Below are positions 53,901-64,000 of a stretch of 64,000 bases of DNA, in pieces. The DNA lies in the NCBI GenBank assembly GCA_964304625.1, contig OZ199839.1:8216560-8280559 (forward strand). The letters are read 5' to 3'. The notes beneath the pieces were generated by a model. It saw only the letters and a list, made by a program, of their open reading frames with translations, made no database searches and was not told where the DNA came from. Each line of letters begins with the position of its first letter. Position 1 is the first letter of the stretch. The stretch comes from Kudoa neothunni (taxonomy: Eukaryota; Animalia; Cnidaria). Position numbers and translations under genes: made by a program.

Positions 53901-56900
53901 ATGATTTATACAATTTTAAATTGATGTTATTTAAGTTGTTAATTAAATTAACCTCGTTATCATTTACACATTTTTAATAATTAACTTCTTTTCGATCCTT
54001 TATTATATTAATTGGTAGTTACGATCTCAGCAATTTTCACAATCCGAAATTTGTCGCTAATTGTCATGTAATTGTTTAAGCGTGAAATTTTACGTAAATT
54101 TTTAATTAGATTCTATATTACTAGGTGTCTAATTACCGAAAGTAGTTTTCAAACAATGAATATTGTCTGAGTCAATTAACAAAATTAACTTTAATTTAAT
54201 AGTTATGTTTCACATTCGACAATTATGAACATAAACATATCATTCTATTTCTCCTTGTATAATTGGAAGTTTTGTATTCAAAGGAAATTATTCTTAATCG
54301 CTAATTATTAACATGTATGGGCGCTCATATTTCGGGGCCAGATTGGCACACTGGGAATTTGAAAACATATTGTGATGGGATATTTGTTATTGGGAATGTG
54401 AAATAAATTCTTTTTGAACCTATTATGTTTAAGAATGTATTATATTAAAAAATAAAATATTCTAAACAATATCATTATGTGAAAATTTGACTGTTAAATT
54501 TTACATTTTTACGTTAAAAAAATAATCTGTATAATTTTGACCCTTATCAGAATATTAATCTTATCATTAAAAATTGTAAAAATAACATAATAAAATCATT
54601 AGTTAATTTTAAATTAAAATTTTTCATGCTTGAATATGATTTTCTTTATTTAATCCAAATTGAAATATGTTGTGTCGATAATTAATTGAAAAATAATAAA
54701 AGTTACATCATTAAATTAACAAAAAGTAAAAATTAATAATCCTTATAAAATAAAATTTTCACGCTGTAGCACAATGTGTATTTTTGATTGTCGGAGTTCA
54801 TCATATAAATTCGCATTTTTTATAATTTAACGAATAATAATATCTTCTATTTATATTCAATTGTATAAATTAAAGTTTATGTAAAATAATGAACGCTATT
54901 TTATTTAGGTCCAACAATATAGATAAAATAGACCTAGTTAAATTAATTTGGAGGGACGTCCATTTGTTAAAAGTAGATGTGAAATATTCTTAGAAGAGTT
55001 ATTTCTAATCCAAATGGGACATTTGGGTATTTAGTGAGAAAATTTTACAATTAATCTTTTTTATCTAATCATAAAATATTTTAAGCTTACAATGCTTTAT
55101 TATTGCTTTTTGTTGTCATTTTGTTTTTTTTACAACAAGTAAAATATATTAAGGGGAAAATGTCACTAATGTGGATGAACGAACTAAGATATCTTTGGGA
55201 CCACAATTTTTAGACTCCATTCTTCTTCCGCAGAAAGAATTTGAACATGTTGGTGTTGATGAAAAGGCTTCAACTAATTACAGTACAAGGGATGATTGTC
55301 TCAACAGACATGAATTACACTTAGAAGACTCTCTTTTTGATGAATCCACACGCCCTGTAGGATTACAAATTGCAAGCGGTTTAGAAAAAATGACAGATGA
55401 AATTGTATCATCACAGAAACACCATGAAATGGATAAAAGCAACTTGTCTCTTACTGTTTCAGTCAACAACGATGTTGATGATAACAAAACTCCATCACCT
55501 GATGAAAATATTGTAAAGTTTGATGATGACAGCATTGAGAAGAAAATAATCACTGCTGTAAGTGACACTAAAGCGCCAGTTACAGTCGAATATGAAATCA
55601 GGACTGCCCCCAACGAAACAAGCGAAGGCATCACCCACTATAATGATCAGGGTGGAGAAATTCGCGATAATAAAGATGAAATTCTATCACAAATTAGCTG
55701 TACTGGTGTTTCTTATAAAAAAATCCAACTAGAGGAAATTCCTACTAGCGAGTTAAAGATTTCTGTCCTTCGCGCTGATGACTCAAATGAGGGTAATAAG
55801 CGGGCAATGCGATCATCCAAACCGGTGTCTAATTACCAGGCTGAAAATGAAATAAATTTCATTACCGAAAAGGATGAAAATGTGACAGAATATGTCGAAG
55901 GAAATATATCACATAATACTGATGTTAGTTCAAATTATGAGACAATTGGGAAATATGATAATGATTCTCCACTCAAGAAACCTACCGATGTTACAACTAT
56001 TCCTGATTCTACACCTCTGAGTTCGACCCATGAAACCGAGCAACCCTCTCATTCTCCGGTGTCTCCAGATGATGTCACGGTTGAAGAGAAAAGAGAGTCA
56101 CTCATTAGAAAAATGGAACATATTGAGGAAGACATTTTGTTTCCTTCTACTGAATATGACTTACAATATGAGGAAATCACGCACCATGATAAGTACCCTA
56201 CTGCTCAAACTCCCACGGCCGAACTAACGATTTCTGATTCTCCACCTTTGAGTTCGACCCATGAAAGCGACCAGCCACCTCACGTTGTGAATATTACGAA
56301 TGATATTGAGATTGAAGAGGAGGGAGAGTCATTCACTGACAAAGTTGAACATATTGAGGAGGAAGTTTTATCCTACTCTCCTGAAGTTGGTATCCAATGT
56401 GAGGAAGGCACGATGTATGAGAAAAAAATTTCTACCAAAGTTCGTACTGCTGAATTATCTGTTCCTAATTCTCCATCTCAAAGTTTGATACATGAGATTG
56501 AGCGACCTTCCCATGCTCCGATGACTACGAGCAACGTTGATATTGACAAGCAAAGAGACTCAATTGGAAATAAAAACGAAATTGAGGAGACAAGGATTTT
56601 AAAAGAATCTTCTGAGATTATTTCGCAACGTGAAGAAAATATCAACTATGGACAATCCTCTACTACTGAAACTTTTATTGTTGAATCAAGTATTGCTGAT
56701 TTTTCATATCCAAATTTGACTGATGAAATTTCCCAACCGTCTCATAATTTGACTCCTACTAATTATGTTTATATTAAAGATGAAAGAGAACCAGTCACCG
56801 ATAAAGTCGAACATATTAAGGAAGAAATTTCATCCCACTCTCCTATAATTAGTATCCAATGTGAGGAAGGCACGATGTATGAGAAAAAAATTTCTGCCGA

Positions 56901-59900
56901 AGTTCCTGTTCCTACTGCTGAATTGTCTTTTCCTAATTCTCCATCTCAAGGTTTGATACATGAAATTGGGAAACTTAAGCATGCTCCGATGTCTATGGAT
57001 GACGTCACTATTGAAGAAGGAATTTCGTCTCAGTCTCGTAAAGCCAGTATTCAGTATGATGAAGCCACACATCATGATAACTATCCTGCCACTCCATCTC
57101 CCATTACCGAACTAGCGGTTTCTGATTCTCCACCTCTGAGTTCGACCCATGAAAGCGACCAACCACCTCACGTTGTGAATATTACGAATGATCTTAATAT
57201 TAAAGATGAAACAGAACCAATCACCGATAGAGTCGAACATATTGAGGAAGATATTTTATCCCATTCTACTGAAACTAGTTTACAATGTGGGGAAATTACA
57301 CATCATGATAACTATCCTATTGCTCAAACTCCCACAACCGAACAAACGATTTCTGATTCTCCACCTCTGAGTTCGACCCATGAAAGCGACCAACCACCTC
57401 ACGTTGTGAATATTACGAATGATCTTAATATTAAAGATGAAACAGAACCAATCACCGATAGAGTGGAACATATTGAAGAAGAAATTTCATCCTACTCTCC
57501 TAAAGTTAGTATCCAATGTGGGAAAATTACACATCATGATAACTATCCTATTGCTCAAACTCCCACAACCGAACAAACGATTTCTGATTCTCCACCTCTG
57601 AGTTCGACCCATGAAAGCGACCAACCACCTCACGTTGTGAATATTACGAATGATCTTGATATTGAAGATGAAAGAGAACTAATCACCGATAAAGTGGAAC
57701 ATATTGAAGAAGAAATTTCATCCTACTCTCCTAAAGTTAGTATCCAATGTGGGAAAATTACACATCATGATAACTATCCTATTGTTCAAACTCCCACAAC
57801 CGAACAAACGATTTCTGATTCTCCATCTCTGAGTTCGACCCATGAAAGCGACCAATCACCTCACGGTGTGAATATTACGAATGATCTTGATATTGAAGAT
57901 GAAAGAGAACCAATCACCGATAAAGTGGAACATATTGAAGAAGAAATTTCATCCTACTCTCCTAAAGTTAGTATCCAATGTGGGAAAATTACACATCATG
58001 ATAACTATCCTATTGCTCAAACTCCCACAACCGAACAAACGATTTCTGATTCTCCACCTCTGAGTTCGACCCATGAAAGCGACCAACCACCTCACGTTGT
58101 GAATATTACGAATGATCTTAATATTAAAGATGAAACAGAACCAATCACCGATAGAGTCGAACATATTGAGGAAGATATTTTATCCCATTCTACTGAAACT
58201 AGTTTACAATGTGGGGAAATTACACATCATGATAACTATCCTATTGCTCAAACTCCCACGACAGAACAAATGATTTCTGATTCTCCATCTCTGAGTTCGA
58301 CCCATGAAAGCGACCAACCACCTCACGTTGTGAATATTACGAATGATCTTAATATTAAAGATGAAACAGAACCAATCACCGATAGAGTCGAACATATTGA
58401 GGAAGATATTTTATCCCATTCTACTGAAACTAGTTTACAATGTGGGGAAATTACACATCATGATAACTATCCTATTGCTCAAACTCCCACAACCGAACAA
58501 ACGATTTCTGATTCTCCACCTCTGAGTTCGACCCATGAAAGCGACCAACCACCTCACGTTGTGAATATTACGAATGATCTTAATATTAAAGATGAAACAG
58601 AACCAATCACCGATAGAGTCGAACATATTGAGGAAGATATTTTATCCCATTCTACTGAAACTAGTTTACAATGTGGGGAAATTACACATCATGATAACTA
58701 TCCTATTGCTCAAACTCCCACAACCGAACAAACGATTTCTGATTCTCCACCTCTGAGTTCGACCCATGAAAGCGACCAACCACCTCACGTTGTGAATATT
58801 ACGAATGATCTTAATATTAAAGATGAAACAGAACCAATCACCGATAAAGTCGAACATATTGAAGAAGAAATTTCATCCTACTCTCCTAAAGTTAGTATCC
58901 AATGTGAGGAAGGCACAGTGTATGAGAAAAAAATTTCTGCCGAAGTTCCTACTGCTGAATTATCTGTTCCTAATTCTCCATCTCAAGGTTTGATACATGT
59001 AATTGAGCAACCTTCCCATGCTCCAATGTCTATGGGTGACGTCATTATTGAAGAGGAAAAAGAGTCACTCACTAGAAAAGTGGAACATATTGAGGACGAC
59101 ATTTTATCTCATTCTACTGAAACTAGTTTACAATATGATGAAGCCACACATCATGATAACTATCCTGCCACTCCATCTCCCATTGCTGAATTAGCGGTTT
59201 CTGATTCTCCACCTCTGAGTTCGATCCATGAAAGTGACCAGCCACCTCACGCTGTGGATATTACGAATGATCTTAATATTAAAGATGAAACAGAACCAAT
59301 CACCGATAAAGTCGAACATATTGAAGAAGAAATTTCATCCTACTCTCCTAAAGTTAGTATCCAATGTGAGGAAGGCACAGTGTATGAGAAAAAAATTTCT
59401 GCCGAAGTTCCTACTGCTGAATTATCTGTTCCTAATTCTCCATCTCAAGGTTTGATACATGAAATTGAGGAGAGACAGATTTTAAAAGATCCTTTTGAGA
59501 CTATTTTGCAATGCGAGGATAACGTCCGTGATGAAAAATCCTCTACTACTGAAACATCTATTGTTGAATTAAGTATTGCTGATTCTTCGTATCCGAGTTC
59601 GACAGATGAAATTGATCAACCCCTTCATACTCCGACTCCTACACATGAAGTTGATATTAAAGATGAAACAGAATCAATCACCATTAAAGTCGAATATCTT
59701 AAAGAGGAAATTTCATCACGTTATGACGAAACCGGTTTACAATGTGTAGAAAGTGTAAACTACGGAAAACCCTCCACTGTTGAAATATCTAATACTGAAT
59801 TAACTATTCCTGATCCTCCGTCTCCGAATTCAGCATCTGAAATTGATCTGACTTCTCATGTTTCAATTAATATGAATGATGCTGATATTAAAGAAGAAAA

Positions 59901-62900
59901 TGAGTCAGTCATCGGGACTGTTGAATATATTGAGGAGGGAATTCCGGTTAAATCTCCTAAAATTAACATCCAATGCGAGGGAAGCAAGAATTACGATGAG
60001 TCATCTACTGCAGAAATTCATGTTGTTGAATTGAAAGTTCCTGACTCTCCATCTTTTAGTTGGACGGATAAAGTTGAACAATCCTCACATGCTACTGCTA
60101 TTGCAAAAGATTATGTTTTTGAGGAGAAGAGGGAGTTGGTTTCCTATCATGACGAAAAGATTTTGCAAAATCCCGATGAACAAATTCAATCAAGGTTTAT
60201 TGAAGTAAATTTACAAGATGACAACATAGTTAAGGAGTATCGTTCTTCTGAGACTTGTACGGATAAACTAATTGTCTCTGATCTTCCCCCTGAGTGTTTG
60301 GCCCATGGAAACCAACGGCTATCACAAGTCGGAATTCCAGAGATTAAGGCTGATTTAGAGAGTGGAATAGAGTTGGTTGCGGAAAAATATGTTCCTGAGG
60401 CACAAAATGTTAGGAAAGATATTACGTTGCCATGTGATGAGACCGTTTCACATTATGAAGAAAGCACACACCATCCAATATATTCTGTTACAACCCATTC
60501 GGATACTTCAACTAGTTACAATCAATCCCTTCAAGGTATAAGTCAAGAGCATGTCCTTCTGTCACATGTATCACCTTCAACGATTGATGTGAGTTCTGAA
60601 ATAAACAGTGAGCTTGTTTCTGAAAGTGGTGAAAATGACTCAAAAAATGTTACAGAACATGCTGTGTTATGTTCCACTGATATTACTGAAAATTATGTTG
60701 AATTCGGATCTACTATTGTGGAAAATGAGGATATGGAGATTCAGTATATCTCTCCAATTGGTTCGCCCCAAGAAAGTGATAAGACATCATATGAAACTGC
60801 TTCATTGAACGATAACGATAATGAAGAAGAAGGAAAGCCAATGACTGAATTGGACGATAAGATAACAAAAGATATTGTAGATGATGTTTCATCGTATACA
60901 AGTGGTAACAGGATGCATTCCGCCGAATACTCCTCTGTGGGGACTTCTGCTGACGATTTTTATCATTCATCGATTGCTCGCCTCAGCTCAATTGAGGAAA
61001 ATAAACAAGTATCTTTTTCTTTAAAACTGCCATTTTTTAGTGACATCCAGGAAAACTCACCTTCATTTGATCAACCTTCAGATTTTCATACTATAAAAAA
61101 AGTTAATAGAATTAGCAAAAGTGATAGTGAAAGTTTCGAAAAGGTGCAGTCACAAAATATTTCCTTTGATGAGACAATAAGAAAACAACCTGAAGGTGGC
61201 GAAGCAGACGGAAAAACGTATTCAGCAGATTCAAAGAATAATGATGAAAAATCTGTAATTCGTGATGAGTTTGGCAGAAAAAAAAACAGAATTGATACTG
61301 ATTCAATCGGCTACAAGGAACATGCGAGTACGTTAGAGATAACCACAGAATACGACGATAGTGACTCTAAGGATGGCGATAATGATACCAGACACGACGT
61401 AACTTTGAAGGATTATGTAGAGCGTGAATTTGAAAAAAATAAATCCAAATATTTTTCGGTTGATGATAGAGAATATCTTGCAAAATCGTATACGGAGCTT
61501 TTAATTGATTCTATCAGAAAAAGCAGGAAGCTTTCAAGTACTACTTCAGAAAAAGAAATGAGTGCACCAACGAAGGATCCATTAGATGATTTCATAATTT
61601 TGGCCGAAGGAAAACAAGAAGACCTGAATTTGAGTGAAGGAATCATTAAGAAGCGTAGAATCCTCGAGAAAATATTTGGAGATGATAAGACGCTCATCGA
61701 AAAATACGCCCCAGTTGTTCCTGATTTGTTGACTTTTGAAAAAATTAAGAAAATTATTGATGAAGGCTCTGAAGAGTTTATATCTAAAGATATTTTTTCC
61801 TCTCACGATAAAAAGTGTGATCACATAACAAAATCTTTAAGCCAAATTGATGTCGATAAAATTACTGAAGAAGCTAATACCGATTTAGATAACAATGATA
61901 ATGATAAAGCTGACTTGGAAGAATTTTACCAATATGAAGATGATGTTTTCAGATCAGATGGCGATAACTCGAAAAGTGATTCTGCTAAGAAGTGGAAGGA
62001 CAATGATCACCTACTTATTGATGAAAAATATGTTATGCAGAAAGATGATTTGCATAATAATAAAGGACAAAAACTATACTACCCATACCAGAACGTTGTT
62101 GTTGTTGAGAGTCAAGATCCGAACGAGTTAAGTTCAAACAGTGACTTTGAACTTGATAAATCTGTTGAACAGATTGAGGTTGTTAACATTGAACAAGTTG
62201 ATAAACAAATGTCGACTGTGAGAGCCCAGACGCTCGATGTCTCGGTTAATCCTTGTAACATTCAGGAAGATAGAAATCAACTGGAATATTCCACGACTCA
62301 AAGTGATACTTCTTTCTATGAAAAAATTGCGGATAATGATACTTCCTTTGAATCTGCTCCTAACGTAAACATATTCTCCTCAAAAAAAGCAGATGGGGGC
62401 ACTTTGATTGAAGGAAAAACGCCGACTGATTTAAATGTTGGCAGCGATAAGGGTCATGCATACCGTATCATTGATGTTGATAACGAAGCAATTACGTTGC
62501 AGCAAGCTCAAATTGAAACTAATGAGGTTACTGAAAAATTAACAACTATAAATGAAGATGTCTCTGTGGTTATTGATAAGGAAAAAGCTATGGAAGCTTC
62601 GAATAGTACTTCCTCTGAGAATGACTATTTGGAACATTCCACTATTCAAGGGGACAGGACCGCTCATGCACAAAAAGATATAGATGTTGATTTGAATGAG
62701 GTGATTTCCGTCTCTAATCAAGGCGAATTTGGCAATCTAACCGGGAAGGCAACCACTGATGAATCATGTTTGAGCGAAATGCATTCAACATCAATAGATG
62801 AAATAGACGTGAACAAAAACTTAAACGAATATGAGATAACGACAGTCCATGAAGAGGAAAGCTACGTCAAAAGCCAAAAATTGAGAGAGGGTTTACAGAC

Positions 62901-64000
62901 GTTAATCGAAGAAGTAACTGATATGGCTATGATACCTGGAAGCGTCACGTTAGAAAATGCTGACCTAAGTCAAGCTAACCTATCCTCTCTTCGCGATGAT
63001 GTTAAAAAGAGGATAGAGGATGCAATCCACCGGAGGTCAAATGATGCAGAGTTTATGGAAGGTTTACAAGAAATTGTTGAAATGGGACGAGATGACTCTT
63101 GGAATTCTGCTGCGGAGGAATTCAAGGCTGTTGAAGATGGACTTGATCATATTATCTCGAATGTTGGACCCGATAATGCGTTACCATCTAATCAACTAGA
63201 CGACTCATCTTTGGAACATCCTAATGAAGAGGGTGAAAGGCTGTTGATTGTGACATCTTCAACTCCAGTTAAAAAGGTGATTGGAGAGAACGAAATGTCA
63301 GCCGTAGACAAATGCACAAAACGCCTGGACTTTGATGAATCAAATAATGAATATGATCAGAGAAGAAGTTGGGATAGTCAGAGTCAGCCAAATATCCCAG
63401 GAAGTTTGAGATCCGTAGCATTCCCTTTGATTGATAAAAAAATACAACCATTAAAATCTAGTAGTATGTTTTCGGCATCATTTGTTGGGAATGACAAATC
63501 AGTTGATTCGAGCGATTTGGCTCAAACTAGTATTGCTGTTGATACCAATATATCGTTTGACAATACAAAGTTCTATGAAACACTCTCTGGGACCGATACT
63601 CAACCACAGAGTGATGATACTGGCACAGTTTACTGCGAAATTTTTGTTAACAAAACCAATATAGACGAACAAGAAAATAACTCATCTGATCTTGTTGAAA
63701 TAAGTTTATTGGGCAAGTATTTACTGGAAAATGAAGTAGGGGATAGAGCCAAAAAGTCGGTTACATCTCCAAAAACTCAGTGTTTATTTTTGGATGACAT
63801 ATGGCAGGAAGCTCAGAATAAGAGATCCAAAAATTCTATACCAGAAAAAGAAATGTCTTTCCACTCAATCAACTATGTAAACAGATCGCTCGAAAGTCTA
63901 CATGAAGAATGTGCATATGGATATGAAAAACTTTTGATTGACCCCTTCTTTGAAAATAAGAATTTGTATTATATGCACACTCATTTGTACAAATCGAATA
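50943..64000 (+). CDS. GAS2: Giant GAS2-family calponin-homology protein, 3' incomplete; exons 50943-51442, 51501-51707, 51759-51800, 51840-52703, 52750-52809, 52871-53050, 53096-53221, 53291-53860, 55154 to >64000
   Basis: MTEDLVDWMN...FFNSLKNGVILCRLAN...NLCKFFNWCR...LFNTSDL...VVTCLMDLSR...APMLIQME is a GAS2-type CH domain. Splice phases are consistent. Frame +1 is open from 55153 to the window end. Symbol is family-level only. Confidence 0.75.
56002..60500 (+). repeat. Coding tandem repeat, 231 bp / 77 aa, about 20 units; near-identical core at 57121-58968
   Basis: TCTGATTCTCCA(C/T)CTCTGAGTTCGACCCATGAAAGCGAC recurs at 57121, 57352, 57583, 57814, 58045, 58276, 58507 and 58738 (period 231). 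Diverged units start at 56002, 56233, 56464, 56695, 56932, 58969, 59200, 59431, 59578, 59809, 60040 and 60277. Confidence 0.97.

Noticed and set aside
56030-59455. Repeated 60-75 aa ORFs (MILILKMKQ..., MFDSIGDW...) that look like a small-gene array or CRISPR-like locus
   Set aside because: They are off-frame and antisense shadows of the 231-bp coding repeat in the continuous frame +1. There are no unique spacers.

Overview
Very AT-rich eukaryotic (metazoan) DNA with mostly 30-60 nt GT-AG introns and intergenic spaces packed with decayed DNA transposons. Tiny introns, fast-evolving proteins and a ShK-domain protein suggest a parasitic cnidarian (myxozoan-like); this taxon call is inference only. 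Supported genes: KAT8/MOF last exon, an intron-containing histone H1, AAGAB (p34), a secreted five-Kunitz protein, GLRX3/PICOT, an NPC2/ML-domain protein, a secreted ShK + mucin-like + SEA-like protein, and TRPA1. There is also a giant GAS2-family calponin-homology gene whose ninth exon (55154 to beyond 64000, at least 2949 codons, absent from the ORF track) carries about 20 copies of a 231-bp/77-aa repeat. Mobile DNA includes two piggyBac pseudogenes, a piggyBac MITE, three hAT MITE types, a Tigger/pogo relic, a Merlin/ISXO2 relic, MULE (FLYWCH, SWIM) fragments and several non-autonomous Helitrons. All gene models were spliced by eye and need RNA-seq confirmation.
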